DNA from: a virus | Strand: one strand, 5' to 3' | Virus record (IMG/VR): IMGVR_UViG_3300034101_003424 | Span: 28,767 to 92,766 of that record | Length of the DNA: 64,000 nucleotides | Part shown: in pieces, positions 1 through 11,374 of the stretch | Position numbering within the stretch: the stretch's first letter is position 1 | Layout of the letters: each line of letters opens with the position of its first letter | The notes under the pieces: model-generated | The model's input: the letters and a program-made list of their open reading frames with translations, nothing else | The model's database searches: none | What the model was told of the DNA's origin: nothing | Made by a program: the position numbers and the translations under genes

Positions 1-1
1 T

Positions 2-1369
2 TGCCTCAAATGTAATATCTTCTACTACATCTGATTCTATTTCTTCTTGTGTAATGTTTTCAAAACTTCCGGTAACTACTTCTTCCAATCTAACTTGTTC
101 TGCAAGTGCTGTATCAGAATATGAGTAAACTTCATTAAAAAATCCTTTTACTATGGTCATATCTTCAAATTCATTAATAGACTCTATACTATTATTTTTT
201 ACTTTATTCTTACTTCCTGTAGGTCTTCCTCTTCTTTTTGGTTTTGGAAATGCCTCCATGTACCTTGACCAGGAAAAATCACCTTGAAAGTTATTTGGAT
301 TTGTAGGAACTATTGAACCACTTACCAAGTGTTCAAAAGAGCTTGTAAATTCAGCAAAAGAACTAGTGATTTTTAACTTTTCATTAAAATCATCAATATA
401 CTTTGTATCTTCTTTTGTCAAATCATCCGAGTAAAATTCTGCTAAAGGGCTTCTCTCTTTCGGTTTTTCTGGAATAGGATTCTCTTCAATATTATCAGAA
501 TCTTTTTCATCTTCTTCTAGTATTACTTTTTGTGTGAAATGATAGGCGGTTAAAAGAGCAATAGCTAAGGGGTCCGCTAAAAATACAATAACCATTAGAA
601 ACCAAAATAGTACCTTGTCTAAACTTGTATTAGTAACTTCGGAAAGGTAAATTAGGGGACCAAGTTCTACAGCTACTTCATTACTTGATTTTATTTCTAT
701 AATCTTTGTTTCGTAACTAAATATGGAATCAGAAATGTTTGTGATGTCCACATATACTCCGTCTCTTCTGCTCTCCATTTTTCCAATGTCAGAGTTAAGA
801 CCTTCTACTTGTTGTAAATAATCCTTTCTTGTAGATGCATTTGATTTTGATGATGTTCTTCCCCTGCTATCTACATAAACATCTTTTGAATCACTCATCA
901 TTCCAGAAGATGTTGTGTTCCTTTGCAATCTTGTTTGAGCGATGTCAGAAATAATTTGCTTATATTCATTTTGCAGATCATTCTTTTTATCGATGAAGAA
1001 TTTCTTTTTCTCTTCAACTAATGCAACTTCCGATTTAGATGCCATGAGCTTATTCTTGTTCTCGGTATATGCTTGAGAAAGAATGCCATAGACTCCGGAA
1101 GATGTTACAAAAATGACAAGGAATAAGAAAATTAATCCCCCCACTTTATATCCTAATGTTAGTTTATGCCAGTACCTATGAAGAAATGATGCGATGACAA
1201 GTTTTGATATTTCTATTCCGGCGCCTAAAAGAATTATTGCCATGCCTGCTCCGGCGAAAACTTGGGCTAATCCTTTTACAGAGAAAAAACCTACAACGGA
1301 AGCTAGGAAAATAGCGCAGGTTAAAAGAAGATAAGATATTCTTTTTTGTGTTTTTAAGTCTTTGGTCAT
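2..1369 (-). CDS. Membrane protein with coiled coil (runs off left edge, partial)
   Basis: Not in ORF track; both ends read manually. ATG at 1369 gives MTKDLKTQKRISYLLLTCAIFLASVVGFFSVKGLAQVFAGAG...EISKLVIASFLHRYW (hydrophobic helices); the same frame is open at the window edge. Confidence 0.75.
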   Translation of the reverse strand, partial: MTKDLKTQKRISYLLLTCAIFLASVVGFFSVKGLAQVFAGAGMAIILLGAGIEISKLVIASFLHRYWHKLTLGYKVGGLIFLFLVIFVTSSGVYGILSQAYTENKNKLMASKSEVALVEEKKKFFIDKKNDLQNEYKQIISDIAQTRLQRNTTSSGMMSDSKDVYVDSRGRTSSKSNASTRKDYLQQVEGLNSDIGKMESRRDGVYVDITNISDSIFSYETKIIEIKSSNEVAVELGPLIYLSEVTNTSLDKVLFWFLMVIVFLADPLAIALLTAYHFTQKVILEEDEKDSDNIEENPIPEKPKERSPLAEFYSDDLTKEDTKYIDDFNEKLKITSSFAEFTSSFEHLVSGSIVPTNPNNFQGDFSWSRYMEAFPKPKRRGRPTGSKNKVKNNSIESINEFEDMTIVKGFFNEVYSYSDTALAEQVRLEEVVTGSFENITQEEIESDVVEDITFEA

Positions 1370-1382
1370 GTTATTTTTTTTA

Positions 1383-1390
1383 CAAAGGTA
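1383..1390 (-). promoter_or_regulatory. Bacteroidetes-type -7 promoter element (TACCTTTG)
   Basis: Matches TAnnTTTG just upstream of the ATG at 1369. Confidence 0.55.
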
Positions 1391-1801
1391 GTCAATTTTT
1401 TTGAACAATCAACTTTTTTTGCATTTTTTTTAGTATCTACATGTTTTTACATGAATGCTATGTAATATAAAGAAAACAATTACATATATAATTATGTTAG
1501 ATTTGCATGTTATTGATGTTATCATTTTGTTTTAAAGATATAAAAGAGCATTAAACATGAATATACATTTAGACATGGTGCATGTTAACATAATTTTTTT
1601 GACAATGGTTGAATGTTTAGATGTAATCATGAAATTTTAACATTTTATTAACATGTAGATTTTTGGAGGGGATGCTAAAAGTAAAATCAAGCCCCCCAGT
1701 AAAATAAAAAAATTAAAAAAGACATGTAAAATCTATTTATAGTAAAACATGTAACAAACATTTATTGATAATTGATTATAAATTAAAACACATTACACAT
1801 T

Positions 1802-2161
1802 ATGACAACAATGATAAAAGCATTATCAGATTTTGAACACATGGGCCACATGGTATATCTAAAAAAGATATTCCCGGAAGCATTCTTTAAAATAAAATCA
1901 TTTACAGTACATTTTAAAGAGAAAGAAAATTTAATACCCGTAGGAGGAGACGATGGAGAGGTTAGAGCAGAAATAACATTATGTCCATCTATAAAATGTC
2001 AATTCTACATTTATGCGAATAAAGATGTTTTTGACAATAAGGGAAACGCCCTAGTACCGTACCTTATAGATTTGGATGTAGATGAGAACAATGATGTAGA
2101 AGATTTGTTAGATAAACTAAAACAAATGCTACAGGATGAATTTAAAGAAAAAATTGAATGA
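1802..2161 (+). CDS. Hypothetical protein
   Basis: 119-aa ORF downstream of a TATTTATA motif. Confidence 0.65.
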   Translation: MTTMIKALSDFEHMGHMVYLKKIFPEAFFKIKSFTVHFKEKENLIPVGGDDGEVRAEITLCPSIKCQFYIYANKDVFDNKGNALVPYLIDLDVDENNDVEDLLDKLKQMLQDEFKEKIE

Positions 2162-2696
2162 CACATTATCTTTCATGTCGGAGCATGATAGAGTATTGTT
2201 TCTTTACAACAACATCTTACTAAAAAATCCCGACGAAAATTTTGATTTAAATAGGGAGACATTTAACATGCTATTTTCTGCTGATCCCGAGAATTCTGAC
2301 ATTTTTGACAACATGTCGGGAGATGCCACTGAAGCAGATGACTTTTTTACATTCTTAGACGACAATGAGGAGTCTTTTGATGCTTTCTCTTACTCTGATG
2401 AAGAACTAGATGGTTTTTTAGATGGGATGGATGATGAATTAGATTATATAGAGTCCGAAGATGATGTACAAGTAGAAGTTTTAGTACATGGAAACATCTT
2501 GGTTTTGTTTTCCAATTCCGAAGATGACATAAATTCATATATCTATAATTATTGCTTTTTAGAAGGGTATATTTTCACAAAGATAGCTGATTCTGAAGTA
2601 AAAAACATAAAGTCTTTTGATGTAGTAACCGGATACAAGCATAAAACAGTTTTAAAAGTACACGGAAAATTAGAAAATGATATATGTTACAATTAA
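2136..2696 (+). CDS. Hypothetical acidic protein
   Basis: 186-aa D/E-rich ORF overlapping the previous gene. Confidence 0.65.
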   Translation: MNLKKKLNDTLSFMSEHDRVLFLYNNILLKNPDENFDLNRETFNMLFSADPENSDIFDNMSGDATEADDFFTFLDDNEESFDAFSYSDEELDGFLDGMDDELDYIESEDDVQVEVLVHGNILVLFSNSEDDINSYIYNYCFLEGYIFTKIADSEVKNIKSFDVVTGYKHKTVLKVHGKLENDICYN

Positions 2697-2768
2697 TTTA
2701 ACATAAAATGGCATATAATTTGAACATCTCAATATAGTTATTATTAGTTAACTCTTAAAATTAATAAA

Positions 2769-3149
2769 ATGGCAAATTTTGATGATTTAGGTTACGACGA
2801 AGTGGTAGACACTATCTGCGACGTAATTGACTTAGGAAAAAATGTAAAAAACGTATTTGCTGACGGATTCCAAGTAATTCCTGATCTTATCGCGTTGACT
2901 CCTGAATTCTTTAAAGTTCAAGAGATTATTTCTGACGCTCCCTTGGCAATCAACCAACTTAAAAATTTGAGTGTGGAAGAAGCTAAAAAGGCACACGCAG
3001 AAATTTCAAAACGTACAGGTGTAGCTCAAGACAAAGTAGTTGATACAGTTACTAAGGGCTTCGGCATTGTAGTAGAATTGTATGAAGTATTCGCTTGGAA
3101 TCAGGCGAAGTTCTATGCAATCAAGACAAAAATACAGGACTTAGCTTAA
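2769..3149 (+). CDS. Hypothetical helical protein
   Basis: 126-aa ORF with A-rich leader, followed by a terminator. Confidence 0.7.
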   Translation: MANFDDLGYDEVVDTICDVIDLGKNVKNVFADGFQVIPDLIALTPEFFKVQEIISDAPLAINQLKNLSVEEAKKAHAEISKRTGVAQDKVVDTVTKGFGIVVELYEVFAWNQAKFYAIKTKIQDLA

Positions 3150-3167
3150 CCTAACGACTAACTTTAC

Positions 3168-3198
3168 GCCCCGCTAAAAAAATTTGGCGGGGCTTTTT
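3168..3198 (+). terminator. Intrinsic terminator
   Basis: GCCCCGC...GCGGGGC stem followed by TTTTT. Confidence 0.75.
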
Positions 3199-3237
3199 AA
3201 TTAATACATTATGCAATATTTATACTAAAGGTTAATC

Positions 3238-4374
3238 ATGCTAATTTACAGGCCTACTATTATTTCTGGTTCGGGATATTACTCCGGGTCTTTTGATGGA
3301 GACGGGTCTAGGTTATATAATATTCCATCATCTTCCTACGCTATAACTGCCTCCTATGCTTTAAATGGAGGAACCGGAGGTGGTGAAAAAGGTGATAAAG
3401 GAGAAATGGGAGATTCTGTTTTTACCTCCTCTTTACAAGGAGTATTAGTAACAGTTAATCACAATTTAGATTTAGAATATCCTGTTTACAATATTTATGA
3501 TAATTTAGGAAAAGAAGTAATACCTAAGGAATTTACCATAATTAATCCAAATTCCGTACAAGTAAATTTCGGCATACCATTTACCGGCTCTATAAGTATT
3601 TCTGCCGGTCAACAAGGTTTTAAGGGACAAAAAGGAGGTAAAGGAGAAGTTGGTGTCAAGGGAAATAAAGGAGAATTAGGAGAAGCTGTTTATAGTTCTT
3701 CTATTCAAGGGAGTCTAATTTCCATATCCCATAATTTAGATATTCAATATCCTGTTTTTACTATCTATGATAATTTAGGAGATAATATAATCCCTAAATC
3801 TTTTTCTGTAATAAATGATAATACTGTTGAAGTTGATTTTGGTATTGGATTTACTGGTTCTATAAGTATTGCAAGCGGTATAAAAGGACAAAAAGGAGAA
3901 CCTTACAATGGATCTGTAATATATGAGAGCGGTAGTAAAATAGGTATAGGAATTCCAAATCCTACATTTCAATTACAATTATCTACAAATAGTGCAGGTA
4001 AACCAACTGGAGGATCTTGGTCGGATTCTTCGGATATAAGGTTAAAGACAGATATAAAAGACATAGATAATCCACTACATATATTAAAAAAAATAAGAGG
4101 AGTTACTTTTAGATGGAAAGATGGTTTACGAGATGATTTTAACTCCGGAGGTTTTATAGCAGATGAATTAGAGAATGTATTCCCCTCTTGGGTCACAATA
4201 CAAGAGTCTTCTGAGAAAGAAAAACTGTATATAGAAGACAATAAAGTAAAAACTATCTCGCTACCCTTTTATTTTGATGCTATTATAGTTGAATCAATAA
4301 AAAAACAGCAAGAAGAAATAGAAATGCTAAAAACTAGTATTTTAGAATTAGAACTACTTATTAAAAATAAATAA
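3238..4374 (+). CDS. Tail fibre-like protein with short collagen segments and C-terminal S74-type chaperone
   Basis: G-x-K triplets, duplicated HNL..YPV module, SDIRLKTDI...GFIADEL motif and terminal coiled coil. Confidence 0.75.
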   Translation: MLIYRPTIISGSGYYSGSFDGDGSRLYNIPSSSYAITASYALNGGTGGGEKGDKGEMGDSVFTSSLQGVLVTVNHNLDLEYPVYNIYDNLGKEVIPKEFTIINPNSVQVNFGIPFTGSISISAGQQGFKGQKGGKGEVGVKGNKGELGEAVYSSSIQGSLISISHNLDIQYPVFTIYDNLGDNIIPKSFSVINDNTVEVDFGIGFTGSISIASGIKGQKGEPYNGSVIYESGSKIGIGIPNPTFQLQLSTNSAGKPTGGSWSDSSDIRLKTDIKDIDNPLHILKKIRGVTFRWKDGLRDDFNSGGFIADELENVFPSWVTIQESSEKEKLYIEDNKVKTISLPFYFDAIIVESIKKQQEEIEMLKTSILELELLIKNK

Positions 4375-4379
4375 TTATA

Positions 4380-4733
4380 ATGAGAATCCTATTCCCTACA
4401 ATATTTTCTGGTTCTGGGTATTTTTCTGGTTCTTTTGATGGAAATGGGTCAAGACTTAAGGGTATATTGACATCTTCTATTGTTAATTTTAATCAAAACA
4501 TAAAGAAAATAACTTTCCCTTACGCGGGTAAAGCTCAAATAACAGGTTCATTAATTATAAAAGGATCTACTACAAGTTCAGCGGATTTTTTTCTAATACA
4601 ATCAGGATCTTTTAATTCCGTAAAAGTTAATAATAAAGGAGTATTACAATTAGGTTCTTATGCTACAAAACCATCTGCTAGTGAAGGAGGAATTATATAT
4701 AGCGATTATAGTTATTGGATTGGTTTAAATTAA
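4380..4733 (+). CDS. Virion structural protein (SGS-rich)
   Basis: N-terminus paralogous to the 3238 gene (SGSGYFSGSFDG). Confidence 0.6.
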   Translation: MRILFPTIFSGSGYFSGSFDGNGSRLKGILTSSIVNFNQNIKKITFPYAGKAQITGSLIIKGSTTSSADFFLIQSGSFNSVKVNNKGVLQLGSYATKPSASEGGIIYSDYSYWIGLN

Positions 4734-4780
4734 TCTTAATCAATAAGCTATTTATATAAAAGAAACTTAAAAAAAATGAA

Positions 4781-5719
4781 ATGGCAACTTGGAAAAAAAT
4801 ACTAGTTAGTGGATCTAGCGCACATGTATCAGCTGTAACGGCATCAAATCTTACAGATACTAATATATTAATGTCCGGACCCGGTGGAAGGATAAAAAAT
4901 ACAGGATTTACTTATGGTTCCGGTAAACTTAACCTAGGAAATACTATCGTTTCCGGGTCTATTTTTTCTGGTTCTTTTGTTGGAAATGGTTCGGGATTAA
5001 CAGGACTTGTAACTTCTTTGAAAATAAGCGGATCTACAGGTAATGATGTATTAGATTTAAAGGTAGATAAACTATCTGTATTAGGAGGCACAACTCCTAT
5101 TACAACTACCGTAACAGATAATACCGTAACTATAAATATCGCTAATGCTGCTGCCGATGGAACAACAAAAGGTTTAGCTGCTTTTGATACAGATGATTTT
5201 GATGCTAGTAGCGGATTAATAACTCTTGGCAATTCTGCCAATGGTGCTGTACTACAAGTTTCAGGTACATTAAGCGAAATTGATATAACTAGAAGTAATG
5301 GTTTAGTTACCGTTGGTCTCCCTAATGATGTCGTTATAACTAATGATTTAACTGTAGGAGGAGACTTGGTTGTAAATGGAGATTTGACGTACCTTAATGT
5401 AGCTAACCTAGCTGTTGAGGATGCTTTTATACTACTTAAATCCGGATCATCAACCGTAGGAGATTCAGGTATTATTTTTGGAGGTAGTACAGGTATAGCC
5501 CAGAGTGGTTCTGCTTTAGTATGGGATGGTAGTTATAATACAAATGATGGTCGATTGTCTGTAGTAGGAAATCTAGGAGCTAATACAACTGGAACTGTTT
5601 CACCTTCTTATTATGTTGCTGGAGTTTATGAGGGTTCCGAAATTAATGCGGCAACAAATAAAGCAGACCATCCAGGAAATATAAGAATAGATAATTCAGA
5701 AATTTTTATATATGTTTAA
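4781..5719 (+). CDS. Tail/virion structural protein
   Basis: G/S/T-rich beta-type sequence; MATWKKILVSGS N-terminus shared with the 6034 gene. Confidence 0.65.
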   Translation: MATWKKILVSGSSAHVSAVTASNLTDTNILMSGPGGRIKNTGFTYGSGKLNLGNTIVSGSIFSGSFVGNGSGLTGLVTSLKISGSTGNDVLDLKVDKLSVLGGTTPITTTVTDNTVTINIANAAADGTTKGLAAFDTDDFDASSGLITLGNSANGAVLQVSGTLSEIDITRSNGLVTVGLPNDVVITNDLTVGGDLVVNGDLTYLNVANLAVEDAFILLKSGSSTVGDSGIIFGGSTGIAQSGSALVWDGSYNTNDGRLSVVGNLGANTTGTVSPSYYVAGVYEGSEINAATNKADHPGNIRIDNSEIFIYV

Positions 5720-5957
5720 AAAATTAATAATGGGTATTATTCAAAAAGTTTCAAACAGAACAAAAGAAATTAATTCTTCTTATGATTTATCTAAAAAAAT
5801 TAATTCTACAGTATCTTTAACGACAAGAGAAGTAGAGTTTATTTTAACTACATTAGGAGAATCTAGTATGCAAATAAAACAAATAGACTTTGTTTATAGT
5901 TTAATATTAAAATTACAAAGTTATTACGAAGAATTAAAAAATAATAATGTAAAATAA
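5712..5957 (+). CDS. Hypothetical protein
   Basis: 81-aa ORF in operon. Confidence 0.55.
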   Translation: MFKKLIMGIIQKVSNRTKEINSSYDLSKKINSTVSLTTREVEFILTTLGESSMQIKQIDFVYSLILKLQSYYEELKNNNVK

Positions 5958-6033
5958 TTATAAAATTTATTATTGGCCCTATGGGGAAGTGGGCTTCGAA
6001 TAGAAGTAACCAACCATAATAAAACATAAATAA

Positions 6034-7764
6034 ATGCCAAACTGGAAAAAAGTTTTAGTTAGTGGCTCAAACGCAGAGCTTAATAGATTAAATATATCTA
6101 CATCTTTAACAGCAAGTGGTTTATTATATCCTGCATCAGATGGAATTTCTGGACAAGTTTTAGGAACTGATGGTTTAGGTAATTTATCATTTAGTGATGT
6201 AACAATAGCCCAGGTGAGTACTGTGGCGGCATCTTTTGCATCTACGTCATCAATTACTGTACAGCATAATTTCAATTCTAAAAATGTAATAGTATCTGCT
6301 TATGATAATTCTGATTTTTACTTTGTTCCCGAAACTATAAATTTACTTGATAATAATAGAGTAAAATTAACATTCTCTAACCCATCTACAGGACATGTTG
6401 TAGTGGCTAAGGGAGGTCATATAGTTAGTGCAAGTATGCAGGGAAACCAAGGACTTGTAGGCCCACAAGGATTTCAAGGACTTAGAGGTTTTCAAGGTTT
6501 TCAAGGTATTCAAGGTATTCAAGGTATTCAAGGCCCTATAAGAGAAGTTAGCGAGGTATCCACAGTATCTGCATCTTTTTCCGCTACCTCTTCCATAACA
6601 GTAACACACAATTTTAATTCAAAAAGTGTCGTTGTTTCTGCTTATGATGCTTCTGATTTTTACTTCGTACCTAACCAAATTAAATTACTAGACAATAATA
6701 GAGTAAAACTATCTTTTACTAGCCCATCAACAGGATATGTAGTTGTAGCAAAAGGAGGACATATTGTTAGTGGTAGTTTATATATAGCCGGCCCACAAGG
6801 TCTACAAGGCACTACAGGAGCTCAAGGCTCACAAGGAAACCAAGGTATTCAAGGTATTCAAGGAACCAACGGAACAGTAGGCACACAGGGTTTTCAAGGC
6901 AATCAAGGCCCGCAGGGTAATCAAGGACCGCAAGGTAATCAAGGACCGCAAGGTAATCAGGGAATACAGGGCATACAAGGTACAGTAGGTACTCAAGGTT
7001 TCCAAGGCAATCAAGGACCACAGGGAAACCAAGGCCCAACAGGAATTCAAGGTACAGCAGGAACAAACGGAAACCAGGGTAATCAAGGCCCACAAGGTAA
7101 TCAGGGAATACAGGGCATACAAGGGACAGTAGGTACTCAAGGTTTCCAAGGCAATCAAGGACCACAGGGAAATCAAGGTATTCAAGGGACAGTAGGTACT
7201 CAAGGTTTCCAAGGCAATCAAGGACCACAGGGTAATCAAGGCCCAACAGGAACTCAAGGTAATCAAGGAACATTCGGTATTAATGGATCATCAGGCCCTC
7301 CCGGCCCTTCCGGACCTCCCGGATCTTCCGGACCTCCCGGCCCTCCCGGACCTCCCGGATCAAGTGCAGGAATATCATCATATACAAACCCTGCTGACAA
7401 CAGAGTTATAACATCTGTATCTTCAACAACTATAAATGCAGAATCTAATTTAACATTTGATGGTAGCGTATTAACAGTTACAGGAACTATAACAGAAACG
7501 TCATCAGAAAAAGTAAAAGAAAATATAGAAAAACTGATAAATTCTTTAGATGTTGTAAAAAAGTTGCGGGGTGTTCAATATAATAAGAAAGGAAACAATA
7601 TAAAGGAAATAGGTGTTATAGCAGAAGAGATAAACGAAATACTTCCTCAAGTTGTTTCTATGGATTTAAACGGAAATCCTGCATCAGTATCTTACGGAAG
7701 ATTAACAGCATTATTGATTGAAGCAATTAAGGAATTAGATAACAAAATAAATAAATTAAAATGA
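6034..7764 (+). CDS. Collagen-like tail fibre with C-terminal S74-like chaperone
   Basis: Long G-X-Q and GPP triplet runs, duplicated HNFNSK module, C-terminal KENIE...IGVIAEE...[15 protein letters not shown]. Confidence 0.8.
   Translation: MPNWKKVLVSGSNAELNRLNISTSLTASGLLYPASDGISGQVLGTDGLGNLSFSDVTIAQVSTVAASFASTSSITVQHNFNSKNVIVSAYDNSDFYFVPETINLLDNNRVKLTFSNPSTGHVVVAKGGHIVSASMQGNQGLVGPQGFQGLRGFQGFQGIQGIQGIQGPIREVSEVSTVSASFSATSSITVTHNFNSKSVVVSAYDASDFYFVPNQIKLLDNNRVKLSFTSPSTGYVVVAKGGHIVSGSLYIAGPQGLQGTTGAQGSQGNQGIQGIQGTNGTVGTQGFQGNQGPQGNQGPQGNQGPQGNQGIQGIQGTVGTQGFQGNQGPQGNQGPTGIQGTAGTNGNQGNQGPQGNQGIQGIQGTVGTQGFQGNQGPQGNQGIQGTVGTQGFQGNQGPQGNQGPTGTQGNQGTFGINGSSGPPGPSGPPGSSGPPGPPGPPGSSAGISSYTNPADNRVITSVSSTTINAESNLTFDGSVLTVTGTITETSSEKVKENIEKLINSLDVVKKLRGVQYNKKGNNIKEIGVIAEEINEILPQVVSMDLNGNPASVSYGRLTALLIEAIKELDNKINKLK
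6800..7360 (+). repeat. Collagen-coding 9-bp tandem repeats (GNQ/GPQ/GIQ/GTQ, then GPP)
   Basis: Recurrent caagg every 9 bp. Confidence 0.9.
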
Positions 7765-8003
7765 AAAAGTACTATCAAGTAGAGAATTATGGAAATGGGT
7801 TTATTACTCACCAAGAAAATGAAACGGCACATGTTGCAGGATATCCGGGCAATATTTGGGTGACCGAAAACACAACATGGGCTCAAAGAGTAAATGCTGT
7901 TGAAAAGACTAAAGCGGAGGCACAAGCCATTGTAGATGCTGCTGTTGCTGCTTCGTATGTCCCACCTAATAGCACAACACCTCCACCAATTGTATTACCT
8001 TAA
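7761..8003 (+). CDS. Hypothetical tail-fibre-associated protein
   Basis: 80-aa ORF overlapping the fibre gene stop. Confidence 0.65.
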   Translation: MKKYYQVENYGNGFITHQENETAHVAGYPGNIWVTENTTWAQRVNAVEKTKAEAQAIVDAAVAASYVPPNSTTPPPIVLP

Positions 8004-8012
8004 AAATTAAAT

Positions 8013-8696
8013 ATGAGTAAAGAGTTGCAGATTACGGAAGATTTACGAGAGATTGTAAATGTTTTAAATGAAGAAGATGCTAATACTATTTTATCATTAA
8101 AAGATGAGTTAGTAGATAATTGGCACAAGAAACAGATTTTTAGAACAGAGACAGAAATGAGAGTATCTGTTTTAAATGACGCTAAACACCCTACAAATGC
8201 TTCTAAATATTGGCAATCAGTAAGAGAGATGTCAGCACATTTTGATGCATTGATGAATTTATCTTTTGATTTGAGAAAGAATACGGTAGAGAATTTAAGA
8301 TATAATAGACAGATGGAAGAATTATTATCAGACCCTAATGCTAATAGATTTGACATCATGGAACTTGAAATTGATATTGACAGAAATTTATATGATAGGT
8401 CATGTATGTTACAGGTAGCTAAGGACAGGGTTAGAGAATTAAGTTTATGGAGTACTATTAAGAAAGAATTAGATGATAATTCTTTTGATGCAGAAAATGT
8501 AAACACTCACCAAGCAGAGTCTTTACATAGGTATTTTGAGAATAGGGTTAAGTCTTTAAATGATTCTTCAGCTCCGGGAGAAATTATAAATGCCATGGGA
8601 CCTTACTTATCTTTTAATCGTTTAAAGACAGATGACGGTAAATTAAGAAACTTTTTGGGAGAGGTACCCGAAGATAAACAAAACAGATTACAATAG
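8013..8696 (+). CDS. Conserved phage hypothetical coiled-coil protein
   Basis: KKQIFRTETEMRVSVLND...ASKYWQ motif recalled from fibre loci of aquatic phages. Confidence 0.65.
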   Translation: MSKELQITEDLREIVNVLNEEDANTILSLKDELVDNWHKKQIFRTETEMRVSVLNDAKHPTNASKYWQSVREMSAHFDALMNLSFDLRKNTVENLRYNRQMEELLSDPNANRFDIMELEIDIDRNLYDRSCMLQVAKDRVRELSLWSTIKKELDDNSFDAENVNTHQAESLHRYFENRVKSLNDSSAPGEIINAMGPYLSFNRLKTDDGKLRNFLGEVPEDKQNRLQ

Positions 8697-8700
8697 TTTT

Positions 8701-9285
8701 ATGACTAATTTTATCTACACTAAAAAAAATGCGTTATCAGCCAATACTTGTTATAATCTAATAAAAACTTTTGAAGGCTCTGATTTAAAACAAGCAGGTG
8801 TTCTTTATGGTCCTAACGGTATAAGCTCAGATAGCGATAAAAAATCAACAGATATAACCTTTGACCCATCCTTCCTAAAAAAAGAGGGATGGGCAATGTT
8901 GTTAGACGAGGTAATCATATCAATTCAGAATGGTGTTTCAGATTATCTAAATAGGCATTCTACCGCAATGTGTAAAATGGATCCTATTGATTTATACACT
9001 TACTTCAATATACAGAAATATGAACCTAATGAAGGATTCTATGGATGGCATTGTGAAAGAGCAGGTGTTAAACACTCGGATAGATTATTGGTTTGGATGA
9101 TATATTTAAATACTGTAACGGACAGAGGAGAAACAGAGTTCTTCTACCAGCAGCACTTTGAAGAACCAGAGAGAGGCAAGTTGGTTATTTGGCCTTCTGA
9201 TTGGACTCATCTTCATCGAGGCGTTCCTTCACCAACACAAACAAAGTATATTTTAACGGGATGGTTCACTCATAAAAATGTATAA
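8701..9285 (+). CDS. 2OG-Fe(II) oxygenase (prolyl-4-hydroxylase-like)
   Basis: WHCE, YLN...GETEF, WTHLHRG, KYILTGW motifs. Confidence 0.85.
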   Translation: MTNFIYTKKNALSANTCYNLIKTFEGSDLKQAGVLYGPNGISSDSDKKSTDITFDPSFLKKEGWAMLLDEVIISIQNGVSDYLNRHSTAMCKMDPIDLYTYFNIQKYEPNEGFYGWHCERAGVKHSDRLLVWMIYLNTVTDRGETEFFYQQHFEEPERGKLVIWPSDWTHLHRGVPSPTQTKYILTGWFTHKNV

Positions 9286-9288
9286 GTT

Positions 9289-9885
9289 ATGGAATTTTCA
9301 GTACACGAAGAAACATGGTTTTCAACACCGGTTTGGGAATCAGAAGTTAAAAATATAAACAATGAAGAAATTAAAGATTATTGTTTGTATTTAAAAGCCA
9401 ATACTAAAGGTGTAAATATTTCGAATAGAGGTGGATGGCATAGTAGTGAAATATTATTACCAATGCCTCAAGATTTAAGAAATTTATTTAGCAATCTTGA
9501 AATCTTTGTTAACCAGAATTGTTTTAAACATATTGGAGTTCCTAATTTAAAGTTTGGTAATTTTTGGGTAAATATAAATACACCTAACTCTTATAACCTT
9601 GCACACGACCATCAAAACAGTGTATTATCAGGAGTGTATTATGTTTCTGTACCTTACGATAATATGGGTGATTTAGTTTTACATAGAGGAGATACAGCAG
9701 AATATTTTCTAAAATCAGATGTAGAGAGAATTGGTACAAAAACAAACTCTTTTGTAGCAGTAAAAAAACCTATAGAATCTGTTTTTTATATATTTCCATC
9801 ATGGGTTAAGCATCATGTGGAATCGAATAATTCGCAGGGAGATAGAATATCAATAGCATTTAATTTCATCGCAGAGAATAAATAA
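9289..9885 (+). CDS. Putative 2OG-Fe(II) oxygenase (TIGR02466-like)
   Basis: HDH, SGVYY, FPSWVKHHV, RISIAFN. Confidence 0.85.
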   Translation: MEFSVHEETWFSTPVWESEVKNINNEEIKDYCLYLKANTKGVNISNRGGWHSSEILLPMPQDLRNLFSNLEIFVNQNCFKHIGVPNLKFGNFWVNINTPNSYNLAHDHQNSVLSGVYYVSVPYDNMGDLVLHRGDTAEYFLKSDVERIGTKTNSFVAVKKPIESVFYIFPSWVKHHVESNNSQGDRISIAFNFIAENK

Positions 9886-9889
9886 AGTT

Positions 9890-10528
9890 ATGAATGCACA
9901 AGTTTATCCCATATTTCCAACACCTCTATATGTTGCAAATTATGATAAAGATTTAAAAGATGTAATAGATTATTTTGACAGTTCAGAAATGCAAGATACT
10001 AAAGCAGGGTATGGAATGATATCTACTAATAGTTACATTTTAGATAATCCTATATGCAATGAATTAAATACATTTCTTATGTCATGTTTTGAAGATTTTG
10101 CAACAAACATTATGAGATATAGATTTAAAGAATTAGGATTTGCACAATCATGGTTAACGTATAAGAATCCCAACCAAATTCATAAAGCACATACTCATCC
10201 AAATACAATATTGGCGGGAGTATTCTACTATGACGCACATGAGGATGATGCTGCTATATGTTTTTCAAAAGATGTTAAATCATTTAATAGGTCATACTTT
10301 GAACCATCTTTACATGACGATTATCAAAATCATGTATTTTCACAAGAAGAGATTTACTACATGCCAAAGAAAAATGATTTCCTCATATTTCCATCATGGT
10401 TGACACATGGAGTACCTCCGAATAGAACAAACCGAGTGAGAAAAGCATTAGGAGTAAACGCATTAACGAAAGGAACATTAGGAGATAAAGAAACCATATC
10501 TGAAATAATTTTTGGAAGATACTCATGA
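9890..10528 (+). CDS. Putative 2OG-Fe(II) oxygenase (TIGR02466-like)
   Basis: HTH, AGVFY, FPSWLTHGV. Confidence 0.8.
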   Translation: MNAQVYPIFPTPLYVANYDKDLKDVIDYFDSSEMQDTKAGYGMISTNSYILDNPICNELNTFLMSCFEDFATNIMRYRFKELGFAQSWLTYKNPNQIHKAHTHPNTILAGVFYYDAHEDDAAICFSKDVKSFNRSYFEPSLHDDYQNHVFSQEEIYYMPKKNDFLIFPSWLTHGVPPNRTNRVRKALGVNALTKGTLGDKETISEIIFGRYS

Positions 10529-11343
10529 AACAAAAGATATTTTTTAATTCCACATTACCTAGAAGTGGAAGTACATTATTACAAAATATAATGGGACAAA
10601 ATCCTGAATTCTTTGTAACACCGACATCAGGTCTAATTGATTTGATGCTAGGAGCAAGAATAGGATACAATCAAAACTATGAATCTAAGGCAGGTGATAC
10701 AGAAATGTGGAGAGAAGGATTCTATAAATTTTGCGGGGAAGGAATAAAAGCATATATAGCATCACAGACATCAAAACAATATTACTTAGATAAGAATAGA
10801 GTCTGGGCATTCTACTATAACCTATTATCAAACATGGTAGAAAAACCAAAAGTATTATACATGGTTAGAGATTTACCATCCATATTTGCATCCATGGAAA
10901 AGAAGTTTAGAATGAATCCTGACAAAGATGATGGTACTATGGATAATGTAAAGATGAAAGGAACTACAACACATAAGAGAGTTGAATTATGGGCTCAATC
11001 ACATCCTGTAGGTTATTCATTAGAAAAATTGTATCAGACTTTGTTGGATGGTACAGCTTCCAACTTTTTATTTATTAGATATGAAGATTTGTGTAGTAAT
11101 CCTGATAATGTAATGAAAAGCATCTATCAATATTTAGAGTTAGATGAATTTAAACATGATTTCCAACATATAAGTCAAGTCACCACCGAAAATGATGCAA
11201 TACATGGAATATATGGAGACCATGTGATAAGACCATATTTACAAATGTTGCCAAATGATTCAAAAGAGATATTAGGATTACATACCGTAGATTTGATTAA
11301 AGAGAATTATAAATGGTATTATGATTTCTTTGGGTATAAATAA
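10525..11343 (+). CDS. Sulfotransferase
   Basis: PAPS-binding LPRSGSTLL; VRD and RYEDL motifs. Confidence 0.85.
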   Translation: MKQKIFFNSTLPRSGSTLLQNIMGQNPEFFVTPTSGLIDLMLGARIGYNQNYESKAGDTEMWREGFYKFCGEGIKAYIASQTSKQYYLDKNRVWAFYYNLLSNMVEKPKVLYMVRDLPSIFASMEKKFRMNPDKDDGTMDNVKMKGTTTHKRVELWAQSHPVGYSLEKLYQTLLDGTASNFLFIRYEDLCSNPDNVMKSIYQYLELDEFKHDFQHISQVTTENDAIHGIYGDHVIRPYLQMLPNDSKEILGLHTVDLIKENYKWYYDFFGYK

Positions 11344-11374
11344 AGTTGGGAGAGGATATTTATAATAAAATAAT

